The position numbers and the translations under genes are program-made. The notes beneath the pieces are model-generated. The model did not search any database and was not told the DNA's origin. It saw only the letters and a program-made list of their open reading frames with translations. DNA of 63,208 nucleotides, filler included. It is 13 parts of 13 records of this genome, joined end to end, with 100 filler letters (N's around TTAATTAATTAA, not from the genome) between each part and the next. Parts side by side here need not be neighbours in the genome. Positions count along the whole stretch, not along the records: positions 1 to 5,199 come from SRR16133337_84022; positions 5,300 to 8,610 come from SRR16133337_84092; positions 8,711 to 14,296 come from SRR16133337_84148; 10 more parts are not named here. One strand, 5' to 3'. Positions 1 to 12,503 of this stretch are shown here, in pieces (position 1 is the first letter of the stretch; each line of letters starts with the position of its first letter).

Positions 1-247
1 ACAGGCAAAACGCATGAATGCCCAAACGAATTTCCTCGTATCTTCTGTAGATTTTGTGTGCTATGTAACAAGTTGAACAAAAAAAGAGTCATCTCCACTT
101 TTGGGGCATACAAAAGATTATGGGTTTCTCATATTACAATACACATGTGATCAACAAAATATAACTCGTCTGCATTCAGTTCATTGTTACTTGGTGAGCC
201 CTGTCTTTTCAACAATCGAAATTTTTTTTTGTTGTATTTTTCGTTAG

Positions 248-2380
248 GCAAGACTTGATGAATTATTGGATCACTTGGAGATACGTGAACGACGACAGCA
301 GCAAGATGCAATTCAAATGATCCAGACTATTTTTTCCCATGTTGATACTCCTGGAGCAATGATTCGAACTGAACTCGGTGTTGAAATCACGGACAAATAT
401 GTGGACAAACCGTCTGGAAATAACACTGTGGCAACAACAGTAAGCATTTCCTGACACTCTCTCATTACGTGTTCTGAAAATTTACACAAACGAAGTTATT
501 TAGACTAAATTTAGATGTTATAAAAAGATGGCGAATTTGCAACCCTACTTCTCATGAAAAAAGAGTCAACCTGATACACAATGTGATTTTTCAGAAGAGA
601 TATTTTTAGAGTAAAATCTGGGCTCTTTCACATTTTATTCACAACAAATTTGTTTCTTCCCACCCACAAAAATGGTCGGGGTATTTCATTTTCGTGCCAG
701 AATTTTATGAATTTTGTAAATTGTGTTTCATTTCTTTCCAGAAAAGTAGACGCTTCATTTTGAAAAGAACGATTGGACGGGTTTTCTGAAAAATAAATAG
801 TTTTGCGGAATTACTGCACCAAAAACAAGACTCTTGCTAATTCTGGGCAAAAATATTTTTCATTGAAAAACGCATTTTTTGGGTGGAAAATAAAAACAAT
901 TGCTTGTTAAATCAGCCCAACGTGTTGTCCCTTCTGGAAAGAAAGCATAAAAAAATCCTTAAAGAAAGGGTAAATTGACCACAACCCTTATAAAAAAATT
1001 AAAAAGAGTCAAACTTCACTATGTCGCCTTGATTTGTGTTCGTAATAATTTTTATGAGCGAGCGAGCAAATTTATTGTTCGAAAAGGATAAGAATCAGTG
1101 TCCGCAGTGGTTGGTGGACTCTACTTGAAGGGTTGAGTGTCAATTTCCTCTTCTGACCTTTTTAAGAACCATCCGTTAAGTTGATGCGCTAGTGTTTACT
1201 TGGTGACAAGGAACAAGAAAGTTTTTGTTGTTTCCAAGTGAGTTAAACTCCAAAAATGTGAAATTTCAACTCCTACGATGGATTTTAATGGGAAAGTTTG
1301 CATTTGTTGATGTCAAATCATTGCATTATTGTTTTGAGTAATTGTTGTAACTGATTGTCATTATTTAAAATCATGGCATGTCACATACAAACAAATAGCC
1401 ACTTTTGTTAAAAAAAAAAATGTGAAAAATCTAGGCGTGTGTTTTCCCCTCCCATTTTTCACAAAAACAATATCATTTTTGGGATACTGTTCACACCAAC
1501 AACCGTCTAGTGCTGATGCAATAAAAATTGCACAAAAAGAGGCTGGAATTGTTTTTATTGTGTTGTGGAATCTTTACGTGTGTGGATTTAACATTTTTGT
1601 GGTTGTATTGCGTTTAGATGGAGGTACATAAATATTGTGACACTTTACAAGCATGTGTTGATTCCGTTTCACTCCGAAAAACATATGAAGTCAAAGGATT
1701 TTCGGACCGAGAACAATTCATTTTTCGTAATCCTCGACACGTCATCGTAAATCTCAATTTTCGACCTAATGGCGAGCTCAATCACATACCACCACAACAG
1801 ATTATAACGTTTAATCATGAAAAATACGAAATAATGTAAGTATCCACCCATCATTATGTTATTACATTGCGACCTGGGCACTAAAGTAGTAAATTGAGTT
1901 CCACCTCCAAAAATTCGATCAAGTGAGAATTTGTTGACAAGGGGAATTCATTTCTCTACGAAATCGCGGAATTTATTATTTACTTGGTGCGCGAGTGTGG
2001 ACTAAACTAAAAGATGCTGGAATCAAAATTAGCTTTTTTTCGCCTGAAGCCGTTTGCAAAAAACAAAACACTCCAAGTATTTTTGTATTTGTGTCATGTA
2101 ACAAGAATTCAAATTTTTGTGAGAAGCTTGTTTCTTTTCGGTTCTGCTTAGGATGAAAACTAAGATTATGATTTGTTGTGTTATGTGTTACTCAGATCTC
2201 TATTGGCACACCGGGGATCCGTGCGAGGCGGACACTACGTGTGTTATCGCAGAAAAAATAAACAATGGTATAAACAGAATGATTCTCTCATTTCAATGCT
2301 TGAAGGATTCGATGAAATAAATATGAATATGATTCGTAATGACGAAAAAATATATTCTTTTGTTCTCAAGGCGATCAGTA
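248..2380 (+). CDS. Eukaryotic ubiquitin-specific protease (peptidase C19/USP), spliced, 5'-partial. Exons ~248-439, 1618-1835, 2196-2380
   Basis: QQQDA box in the first exon. Splicing 1835->2196 (GT..AG, phase 2) gives KYEIISLLAHRGSVRGGHYVCYRRKNKQWYKQND, a USP His/Asp box. The Cys box is not seen and probably lies upstream of the contig. Confidence 0.75.
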
Positions 2381-2914
2381 GTAAGTTAAACATTTTCTTC
2401 AAAAGCGTTAGCGAGAGAGAGAGAGTAAATCATACCTAAACCCACATTTTTTTTAAAAAAAAGGTGCCAAGGTGATGCGTAAAACTTATTTTTGTTTTGT
2501 TTTTTGTTTGGTTTGGTGGTAATTTTTCAGCTGCCATCTAGAGCTGTGAAAAACATAAAGTGGGCTGAACAAATGCCGGTGAAGAAATTTCGGGATTGGT
2601 TTTGTAGACTGTGGGGTTTCATTCTTTTTCATGATATTTCACACAGGGTTGTACAAAATGTTATCAGTTGCAAAACTCGAGTAGAACTGCCTGGACATGC
2701 GAAGCGAGTGAACAAGGCGGAGTGAGAGGAAGGGGTTGAAAACCTTGTTCCCTCCCAGAACCACGTGTGAACCAAGCCGGAGGTGGGGGAGTGTGGTGGT
2801 GGTGTGTGGGTGGGGTGAGGGAGTTGAGGGTGGGTGGTGGTGTGTGGATTCAAAAAAAGATCAATGTCGAATCTGATTTTTGTGTGTGTGTTTGTGTATT
2901 TTTGTGTATTTTAG

Positions 2915-4915
2915 AAGACATACAGCCACTCTCACAGGAAGGTCGGCTCCTTATAGAACAAGTAACTCCAAATCTGATCATAGGTAAACACTCGCGAACA
3001 AATTGACACTCTCCTCATTAAATTTTATTTTGGCGCAAGCGCAATGTCAGTTGAAAGCATAAATCTGTTTTTAGCAACATGTCGCTTAAAAGTTTTTTGT
3101 GGTACAACTGGAATTTTCTATGTATTGTTAGAAAACGACGTGATGAATATTACGAATAAATCGCGGTTAGAAGTCCAGGCTGCACTTGATTCTGAAAATG
3201 GGGATAAGAGGCTAGCAATTGAAAGACTTTTAATGAAAGTATGTTGAATTTTCGGCACTAAAGAGCTGACATGATGGGTTGGGGTTAAACATTTTCGGGA
3301 ATATTGCGGATGTGTGGAGTGGGATGGGTTCAGCCAACACAAATAAATGTGCTGCCACACTAAGTTCCAATTTTATTTTTATATATGTGATTCACATTTT
3401 TGCTGTGACTTTTTGATTTCATTTCACATGTATGTATTTTAAAATTAAATAAAAAATTGTAGGAAAATATGCTAGGTTGTGTTTTGCGCATTGAAACCTT
3501 ATTTGTTGGATTTGTTTCTTTCAGTTTTTTTCACATTTGAACATTATTCTTCAGTTTCCACATTTTTTCGCATATTCAAACTTTAAAAATGAATTTGTAA
3601 CTGAAGAATAATGTTTGCAAAAATGTTCGAAAATGATAAAACGATTTTTCTTTTAACTAGATTCGACTTCCAGTGTACTTCCTTTTAACCGCTTAAAATT
3701 CTACAAGAATGAACAGTCAATATTTGTTACAATGTTGACACCCCAGTTAAATTTGCAGTTTCAAAATTGGATTTTTTTGTCACTGAGTTTGCCGAGAAAA
3801 CAAACACAAAATAAATGTTTGAAAATGAAACCCTTGTAACGAATGTGTATGTGGTGTAAGAATTTACATGCAACCTAATGTAACATTTACGATACGTATA
3901 CTGGTTTGTGTGTGGTGGACCGCACGGGTGCTTTGAAACTTTACACTTTAGGCGGTGTATATGAGGATTTTCACACTCAAAAAATCCCATTATGGGAAAA
4001 AATGTTTTTACAACACAAATGTTGTAAGACTGGATTTACTTGTATTTCCTATATAATTTATTTCTAACCGTTAGACCGGTTCATTATTCGGAATGTTGCG
4101 TGCGTTTGTCAATGTAATAGTGAGCCTTAATAAAAAAATAAGCAAAAAAAAACTTGTTGGGTAGGTCTAAAAATCTTGTATTAGATGTGTTGTGATTTAA
4201 ATCTGATGTTTTATTTTTAGGCAAATAGTGATGAACGTCAATCATCTGCACCTTCAGCTCAAACTCAAAATAACACAGAACCCCAATCAACTCGCCCACA
4301 GATGCCACAAAATGAGAACAATTTGACATGGAACCGTTTCCCCTCAAACACCGCACAATCATCGCATACAGCAACTGGTATGTATACTATAAATTCCCTT
4401 ATTTTCCCTAACACCCTTGTCCCTATAAAATTTTCTTCTGGGGATTCAGAGCATTAGCGTGGATCAAAGTTTTATCTCTTGCCTCTTGACGTGGCCAAAC
4501 ACCCCCTATTTACTTCTCACAGGAAAAGGGTATCATCTTCTGCCCGATGGATCGCCCCACGCATCAAGACTACATCATCTGTGTTTCCCACATGTCTTCT
4601 GGGTATTATAGTTGTCTTTAAAAATACGTGTTGAAAAAATGTACATAGAAGAAGTGAAAGAAAGACATTGTTTGAATAAATTTCTGTATATTTCCTCAGA
4701 TTTTGGAAGGGTTGAACAACAGCAACGGCAGCAAAAGGAACTTCAATCATACCCTACTTCTGGTAGTAACGGCGCAACAGGTGATAATGCCCCTTCGTTT
4801 CCATTTGTAGTTAATTTCGACGTCTCACAACAACAACAGCAGGAACAAAAAGATGCAAATGACAACTACATGAGGTGGTATAATTCACAAAAACAGCGGC
4901 AGTCTTCAATGAGGG
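2915..4915 (+). CDS. Spliced eukaryotic exons with a UBA-like segment and Q/S/N-rich low-complexity region, possibly the 3' part of the USP gene. Exons ~2915-2983, 3132-3238, 4221-4377, 4700-4915
   Basis: GT/AG boundaries with mutually consistent phases. DVMNITNKSRLEVQAALDSENGDKRLAIERLL resembles a UBA three-helix bundle. Confidence 0.5.
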
Positions 4916-5199
4916 GTAAGTACATGAACAATTTCGTTTAGAGATGTGCGTAGCAGAGTTTCACACTTTTTTCGCGTGCTCAAAAAATTAAATCTAAATC
5001 TCCTATCCAAAAATATTCTTAGTTTGTATGGTGTTTCTTAGTTTGTAAAAACCTAGGGGTCCACGGTCCCACAATCAGACAATATTTTGTCATTCAAGGA
5101 TGTAACATTATAAATAGCATATTTTGGTATATTGACATCACAAAAACCATACCGAGAAGTTTGAATGTAATTTATTATATTTTTGTTATTGTCTGAAAT

Positions 5200-5299
5200 N
5201 NNNNNNNNNNNNNNNNNNNNNNNNNNNNNNNNNNNNNNNNNNNTTAATTAATTAANNNNNNNNNNNNNNNNNNNNNNNNNNNNNNNNNNNNNNNNNNNN
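5200..5299. other. Artificial contig-joining linker. First of 12; the others start at 8611, 14297, 16466, 18710, 20888, 23147, 25723, 28135, 31933, 45627 and 57627
   Basis: Identical 100-bp structure, 44 N + TTAATTAATTAA (stops in all six frames) + 44 N. Sequence character changes across the linkers. Confidence 0.98.
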
Positions 5300-5662
5300 A
5301 AAAAATTTGAAAATAATAACACGAATTTTCTTCCAACTGGATACATCTGCTAAAGCATTTACTATTTCTAGCTCGGCTTCCCACAGGAGTGAACAGGCAA
5401 AGCACACTTAAATGATAATTTAGAAATGAGAAAATATTTTCAATGTTTCTGAAAATCTGTTTGTTCGTACCATCAAAAATTGAAAACAAACCTCTGAAAC
5501 CCATTTAAAAATGACTTAATTTTTATGTGCTTATGTTTAGAAAACCGACAGTAAAATTTGCAACCTACATATACCAAAAAAAAGAAGAATTTGTAAAATA
5601 AAATTTCAAATATGACAATATTTATATTTTACGAACAACAACAGCAATTGTACATAGTTTAC

Positions 5663-8358
5663 CTTCTGGCGGGTTACAAACATCACCCGCGATCGCGTCA
5701 GTAACTGCATCATTAAAATCAAAATCAGGAATTTCGTGGTACAAACTTTCACGAGATGCAACTGCTTTCAAAATATCTTCGTGGTCTCGAACATAATCGC
5801 TTTCTCCCACACCAGCAGTCACAATGTACCATCCTACAGCACAACAAATACACAAAAAATATAAGTGAATATAACAAATTAACCAAGAATATTGAGTTAC
5901 AGAATATTTGTGTTTTTTTGTTTTTTAATCCGAACTTGTCAAAAAGAAAACAGAGTGAAGAGACAGTTTAATTGGCTAGGAGATGGTGTTTTTCTTTCAA
6001 TATGCTGTTTTGCTACATTTTAGTTTCAAACATCGTTTGCATAAATATTTCATATGTAGAAAACCATTGGCGTGTTGGTTTTCGTTAATAACCAAGATTG
6101 TAATACATATATCCAAGTGAACAATTTAGACAGAATTGTATTTCTTTATGTGCAGGATAAAATTCGCCAGCAATTGAGGCCATAATATATCCCTGCAAAA
6201 CTTCCGACATTTTGTTCTATTTCATAACGTTGCTCGTGCACTATTTAACTTTTCCACAATTGCATATGTGAATGATGTTTCACACACAAATTTTCATTGG
6301 AAACAGTGTAATCGATATTCTCACATCAAGTTCGATGTTTTTCAATTTAATATCATGCTTCCTCCGAAAATAATTTCCCAAAAAAAGAAAGGCAACTTTT
6401 AATAAGCACAACAATATGTTATTCCCAATCATTAACAATATTGGTTCACAAACACGCCACCTGGCGACCACACATCTCCCTCCCACTCATAAACCCGCAC
6501 AACATCCTCTCTTTATTTGTCAAAACAAGTGGATTTGTAATTCCAAAACTTTTCCATTAGCATTTCCCTCCTGAACATGTTTAATAATTATATTGTGATC
6601 AAATGGTTGTCGGAAAGGGTAATACCATTGCCAGTAATATTAATTAACCATTTTTTAGATATATGCAGGGCAAAATTGATAATAATAATGCAAGTGCCAT
6701 AAAAATCTGCAAAACATATCTCACATTTTATTCCAAATTCGCATATTGGTGTGTTTTCAACAAACATGTTGAGATTCTGTTTCGATGTTGTTATTTGGCA
6801 TATTTTAGAGTCTTTGTTTCTCACAAATCACATACGGATACGCTATCGCTAGTTTTGACAATAATAATAAATCTCCTTACCATTTTTCTTCAAATCTTCT
6901 GCAACGGCTGCGGCATTTTGTCTTCTATAATAAAGGTTTTCTGCACCATCGGAGAGCAACAGCATCACATTTGGTACGCCGATACGGTTGCCACCAACGC
7001 GAGCTCCTTTTTCAAGTGCACGTGCAATATTTGTTTCTCCTTCTAAAAAAATAGAAAATATATTTGAAAATGTCATTTTTACAGTTACCCTATACTACGG
7101 ATACAAACTGCATATGCGTATTATTAACGAGTTTGTTAGTATCTAAAATGTGCGTAAAGTCGCATTGGAGTATTTTTCACACAAATTTAACATCATAAGG
7201 GACAATAGATGTTTACATGGAATATCTCTTGAATAAAAGGCGTGCTTCTTATGGATTAAATATCACAAAGAAGAGCAAGTTCGAATTGAAAACAAAATTG
7301 CAGGGAGAACAAAACATTCAAACAATGTAAGGTTATTGACACCTGCACGTGGTGTAAAACGTTTTACTTAGATTTTGGTGTATAAAATTTGATTCCCACA
7401 AATTTGTCATTCAAATTTCTATGGTTTCGTTCATTACATGTCTTTCAACAATTTGAATTTTTGAACATTTAGACCATTGAAAGAGTGATGACTGGTGGGT
7501 GATGGATGTGTTATTCATTGCTATACACTGTAAAATACCAAAAATTACCAAACATAAATTAGTACGGTGCTGAAATTAAAAGAACGTGGAGAATATGCCG
7601 AGTGTAGGGAAAATTGAATGACTTAAGGTGTTTGTTTTAAAGCCTACATGCATTTTTGGAAATAAATATATCACTTTATTTAACATTCTCCAGAAAGTCG
7701 ATGAATCTGACTTCTTTTATTTTCAGAATGTTATGCGGATCACATTTTTTCACAGCGTTAAAACAAAATAAAACACCCCTCAACTAATATCAACACCCTT
7801 AAATAAAAACCAAGAAATATAACATTCAAATTGTATAGATTTAGTTTCCAATATTCCACAGTGGCTATACAAAAAAAACGAAATAACACGGGAAATAAAA
7901 CAGGTATGCTTTTTTCACGTTGAAAGGGGAAAATAAGTTGTCGGTTTTTTTAATGTTACACCCAGTTAGAACGAAAATCGTGTCATCATTTCGAAAGCTT
8001 TTCACAAAAAATATTCTTTGCTCTCAAACTCTATTTTAAAGTTTGAAAATGTGAAAAACTGGAAAAAATCAACACGCTTCGAGCATAACCCACGTAATAT
8101 TTCACTTACTTGCGTCGCATTCCAGTCTTGAAATCTCACGCTGTACGTCATCGATTGAATCATACGTGTCGAGATCAAAAATAATTTTTTCCCTATCACT
8201 GAACGTAACGAGAGCAATTCGAGTCGTTTCCATTCGAACAAATGAAATAACATCATCCATTAAAAAGTCTTTGAGTTCTTGCCATTCATAATCATTAATA
8301 CTTATAGAGCAATCGACAACAATCACGAAATCCATTGCCTCACATGGCCCCTGATTTG
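5663..8358 (-). CDS. Eukaryotic von Willebrand factor A domain protein, spliced, partial. Exons 8358-8110, 7042-6881, 5833-5663
   Basis: MIDAS motif DFVIVVDCSIS, then GETNIARAL (T), LLLSDG (D) and IVTAGVG. All junctions are GT-AG, phase 1, and join into one complete vWA domain bracketed by cysteines. Confidence 0.8.
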
Positions 8359-8757
8359 CTAAAAAATACATGCGAAAAATGTATGAATTTCTAATGTTAT
8401 TTGCCGATTTCTTTCACTACATCAATTTTGTTTTACAATGGTTATTTGAGCAAAATTTAGAACGTGTCCGCAATTTTTATTTAAAATCCCTAAAAAATAA
8501 ATTAGACATACACCATACTAATTGTATTTCTATTTTTAAGGATTATAATTGTAACACAAAGAATACAATAGTTTTGCAGGGTAACTAAGAAGAGGAAATT
8601 GGCCTCTGTCNNNNNNNNNNNNNNNNNNNNNNNNNNNNNNNNNNNNNNNNNNNNTTAATTAATTAANNNNNNNNNNNNNNNNNNNNNNNNNNNNNNNNNN
8701 NNNNNNNNNNTATAAAAATAAAACCTATACCTTAGTTAAGGTAGACACTTCAAAGGG

Positions 8758-11079
8758 CTATATTGGGCTTTCAAGAAGTAGCATATCTTTCAGGTTTTTA
8801 TTTTTAGCTTGATGTTTTTCTAGGGTCATTCTTGCCATCAAATAACTCACGGTAGACTCTGCCCCTTGGTTTAGGTTGATATCATCTTTTTCCAATCCAT
8901 CATAACAACCCCCTGTATTTGGATTGTACATAATTTGTTGTAAATGATTATTGCCCATAAACCACTCAAATGCAATATTCATTTTATACTCATAATTTTC
9001 CTTTGGAAAAACGTCATTAAATTTTTCCAATGCCATTATTGTATAGGCTACATCAATGGGCTGTTCACCACCAGTAGTTTCTAATGCTGCTTCTTGTTTT
9101 TTATACAGCCAACAGGTATTAGGAATAATTTTTAAGGTATTGTTTACAAAAGTTTTAGAGAGTAAAAAATCAAAACTTGATTTGGCGATTTCTAAATAAA
9201 TTTGCTTCCCTGTTGTACTCCAAGCACAAAGTAAAGCTTCAGGCAAAACACTATTCCCATAAGTTAAATACCCCTCAAACCATTGCCAATTTTCATCGGC
9301 TTCGTGTTTGTACATTTGTACCAAACGATTTGCTAAGCATTTTATAGATCCCTTATTTTTGCGAGAAGGATTTTTTAAATTTCTATAATACAAGCCTTTT
9401 ATCATAAACGCTATAGAACGAGTAGAATACGTATCAATCATTTTAAATAAGGAATCCTCTATTATTTCGTTGGCTTCCTCTACAATTTCATCTGGCAAAA
9501 GGGCCTCTATAGAAACCAAATAACCCAATGCCCAAAGGGCTCTTCCATTGGCATCATCTAAATTAACTTCTTGGTTTTGAGGGGTAAATTCTTTGGCTTC
9601 GTTTACATAATTTAAAAAAGAGCCTTCAGTTTGTAAACAATATTTTATAAAGTTGAGATATATTTGAATGTAGAAAATATCTTCTTTTTCATTTGTTAAT
9701 TCATAGTGTTGACAAAGTGTAATTAAAGCCCTAGCATTGTCATCTAAGGTATAGCCAGAATTTATATCAGGTTGGTCGATTTTTGAAAATTGAATCATTC
9801 CAAAATTTGTGGTCAGTTTTTTAAGATGTTTTAAATCAATTTTTGGAAGTGCATAATTTAGTTCTATTTCAGGGCACTGTTTTTTAAATAACAAACCATG
9901 TGCTATGGCAACATTTTCCCAAGCCGTAGGAGCTATTGCATGGAGTCCCTTTTGTCTAAAATCAATACACATTTGTTCGTTTTTCAGTAACTTATTGACT
10001 GCTTCTGCCAATTGTTTGGAATTTCCAAAATCAAAAGTTATACCTGTGCCTTGATCCAATACCTCTCTAGCGTGCGGAATGGGTGTAGAAATAATGGGAC
10101 AACCACAACTTAGGGCATAAGCAAAAGTACCGCTGACAGCTTGGTTGGGATCTTTGGACGTAAAAAGGTAAATATCAGTCAATTGTAAATAGTCTAATAA
10201 TTCAGATAAGGGCAAATATTGATGGATAAATTTCACGTATTTCTGTAGCTGTAAACTTTCTATTTTATCTTCTAAAAAACTACGGTACTTTTCCCCTTCG
10301 TTGTTCACAACGGTTGGATGTGTTTTTCCTATAATTAAAAATAAAACATCTTTGTTCTTTTTGATAATTTTTGGCAAGGCATCCAACGTAGTTTCTATGC
10401 TTTTCCCAGAACTTAAAAGCCCAAAAGTAGTGAGTATATTTTTGACGGGTAATAGGTACTTCTTTTTTAAGGCTTCTTTATTGGTTGATGAAACCAAATG
10501 CGTTCCGTGTGGAATTACTGTAATTTTTTCTTTTAGAACACCATATCTATCAATAAGAATATTGGCAGAAATTTGTGTCATTACAATAACGGAATCCGAC
10601 AAAGAGGTCAATATTTTTATGTGTTTCAAAACTACTTCAGAAGGTTGCGGAAGTACCGTATGAAAAATCAAAATCACCCGTTTTTTAAGGGCTTTTATTA
10701 ATTGTACCAATTCTTTCTCTTTGGATTGATACAAGCCAAATTCGTGCTGAATACATACCAATTTTAGGGATTTCTTTTTATTGATATTACAAGCTGTCGT
10801 CACAAAATCTTCAACACAATTTACGTTCAAAGACGCAAAGCTGTTTTGATTTTGAGTCTCTAAAGGACAAACTCTTATTTTTAAAGAAGCACCGAACTTC
10901 GTGTTTAATGCTTTTATTAAATCCTCCGTATACGTTGCAATTCCACATTGCTGTGGTGGAAAGGAGCTGATAAATAAAATTTCTGGTGTTTTTTGTACCT
11001 CCTTTTTTGTTTTGGGAAATAAATTTGTATTCTCAGAAAAAGTTTGTGAAGTTTTTTTAAAAATGGGGGTTTTATTCAT
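8758..11079 (-). CDS. GT4-family glycosyltransferase fused to a C-terminal six-hairpin glycosidase-like domain (773 aa)
   Basis: PPQQCGIATYT, IQHEFGLY, VIPHG, SGTFAYALSCGCPIISTP (GT-B fold). C-terminal GYTLDDNARAL, EQPID, GGCYDGL and NLNQGAEST motifs. Confidence 0.85.
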   Translation of the reverse strand: MNKTPIFKKTSQTFSENTNLFPKTKKEVQKTPEILFISSFPPQQCGIATYTEDLIKALNTKFGASLKIRVCPLETQNQNSFASLNVNCVEDFVTTACNINKKKSLKLVCIQHEFGLYQSKEKELVQLIKALKKRVILIFHTVLPQPSEVVLKHIKILTSLSDSVIVMTQISANILIDRYGVLKEKITVIPHGTHLVSSTNKEALKKKYLLPVKNILTTFGLLSSGKSIETTLDALPKIIKKNKDVLFLIIGKTHPTVVNNEGEKYRSFLEDKIESLQLQKYVKFIHQYLPLSELLDYLQLTDIYLFTSKDPNQAVSGTFAYALSCGCPIISTPIPHAREVLDQGTGITFDFGNSKQLAEAVNKLLKNEQMCIDFRQKGLHAIAPTAWENVAIAHGLLFKKQCPEIELNYALPKIDLKHLKKLTTNFGMIQFSKIDQPDINSGYTLDDNARALITLCQHYELTNEKEDIFYIQIYLNFIKYCLQTEGSFLNYVNEAKEFTPQNQEVNLDDANGRALWALGYLVSIEALLPDEIVEEANEIIEDSLFKMIDTYSTRSIAFMIKGLYYRNLKNPSRKNKGSIKCLANRLVQMYKHEADENWQWFEGYLTYGNSVLPEALLCAWSTTGKQIYLEIAKSSFDFLLSKTFVNNTLKIIPNTCWLYKKQEAALETTGGEQPIDVAYTIMALEKFNDVFPKENYEYKMNIAFEWFMGNNHLQQIMYNPNTGGCYDGLEKDDINLNQGAESTVSYLMARMTLEKHQAKNKNLKDMLLLESPI

Positions 11080-12115
11080 GAGGTATTTTATTTTGTAATA
11101 GTTCTTGAATTAAATCGGTAAGACATACTGATGCCACAGCGATACGCTCATCTGCCGCACCATAATAAATGTACAATGTATCCTTAAACAAAGCCGTTCC
11201 TGACGGAAAACATACGTTGTTAACTTCACCTTTGAGCTCCCATTCTTCTTCTGGGAAAAACAATGGGTACGGCAATCTCGCAATTTCTTTCTGTGGATTT
11301 TCTAAATCTAACAAAGCTGCACAAGCGGAATAAACATGCCCTTTTGCGGTGTCGTATACGCCGTGATAAATGAGTAACCAACCTGCTTTGGTTTCTATAG
11401 GTGGACAGCCACTACCTATGTAATTCATCTCATAATCGTATTTTGGCGAAAGCACCGTATGTTTTGAAATATTGGGCAGATAGTGTTTCCAAAAAGGGGG
11501 AGTAAGTTCATCAATATTATTGATGGAAGTAACGATTTGAATAGCGGGTTTTATACGATGCAAAAAACACAATTTATCATTGATTTTTCTTGGAAAAAAG
11601 GTAACGTTCTTATCCCACAAATACAATTCTTTTCCTCTATTTTTGTGAACTCTATTAGGGTTGTTGTATTTAGAAGATTTTACATTTAAAGCTCCGTTTG
11701 TAGTCACCAATTGGTTAAATTCTTCAAAAGTAATTTTCGGCACAATTAATCCCTGTTTTTCGAAATGGATTAAATCTTTTGATAAGGCCAATGCTCCTAA
11801 AGCATTCGTGCCGTCATAAACGGTATAAGTCAAATAATAAGTAGCTTCTATTTTTACAATTCGAGGATCTTCTAAACCTTGTGATTCCTCATCGGATTCT
11901 GAAAAGAGAAGGGGGGTTTCTAAACGGTTTTCCACGGTTAAAGGACCGTTCAATTTACAATAGCCAATAGAAGATTTATTTCCTTTGCTTACGGCTCTAT
12001 AAAAAAGGTGAACGGTGTTTCCTTCTTTTATAACTGCAGGGTTCAATACCCCTTCATTTTCAAAAGCGAGGTCTGTTTTGTGGAGCAATATTCCTTCTTT
12101 ATTTACGGTTATCAT
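11072..12115 (-). CDS. Glycoside hydrolase family 130 (beta-mannoside phosphorylase/hydrolase-like)
   Basis: VLNPAV, LFYRAV, GLEDPRI, DKNVTFFP, GWLLIYHGV, VNNVCFPSG and IYYGAAD motifs. Overlaps the GT4 gene by 8 bp. Confidence 0.88.
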   Translation of the reverse strand: MITVNKEGILLHKTDLAFENEGVLNPAVIKEGNTVHLFYRAVSKGNKSSIGYCKLNGPLTVENRLETPLLFSESDEESQGLEDPRIVKIEATYYLTYTVYDGTNALGALALSKDLIHFEKQGLIVPKITFEEFNQLVTTNGALNVKSSKYNNPNRVHKNRGKELYLWDKNVTFFPRKINDKLCFLHRIKPAIQIVTSINNIDELTPPFWKHYLPNISKHTVLSPKYDYEMNYIGSGCPPIETKAGWLLIYHGVYDTAKGHVYSACAALLDLENPQKEIARLPYPLFFPEEEWELKGEVNNVCFPSGTALFKDTLYIYYGAADERIAVASVCLTDLIQELLQNKIPHE

Positions 12116-12418
12116 TAGGATTTATTTTTACGGTTCTTATTCCTCACTCTTCTCCTATTTTTGTGAATCATTATTTTCATCTGTTTATAAATTTATCAAT
12201 TTTTTGAAAATAAGAGTTTAAATTAACAATCATTTCCCTGTGTGTCTAATTTCGTAGGGTCACTTTTAACCCAAATGCCATACGCTAAAACAACGGCACC
12301 TAAAATAAAACTAAGCATCGCATGTTTTAGTGCACTGTAATATAAAACAATTTTATGGATTTATACACCGTTTTCTTTATCTGCTTCATTATCCATCCCT
12401 AGAATATTTAAAATGCTA

Positions 12419-12449
12419 TTGCTCAATACGAATATTAATTATATCTTTG
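12419..12449 (+). promoter_or_regulatory. Bacteroidota housekeeping promoter for rplM-rpsI-rpsB
   Basis: TTG (-33) then 20 nt then TATCTTTG, matching the TAnnTTTG -7 consensus, 54 nt upstream of rplM. Confidence 0.7.
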
Positions 12450-12503
12450 CAACCCTTTAAACGGGAGAATTCATTTATTAATTAAGACAAAAACTAATCG
12501 TGT

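Noticed and set aside
5244-5255. TTAATTAATTAA palindrome recurring 12 times
   Set aside because: Always embedded in 44-N flanks; an assembly linker, not a biological repeat or CRISPR array.
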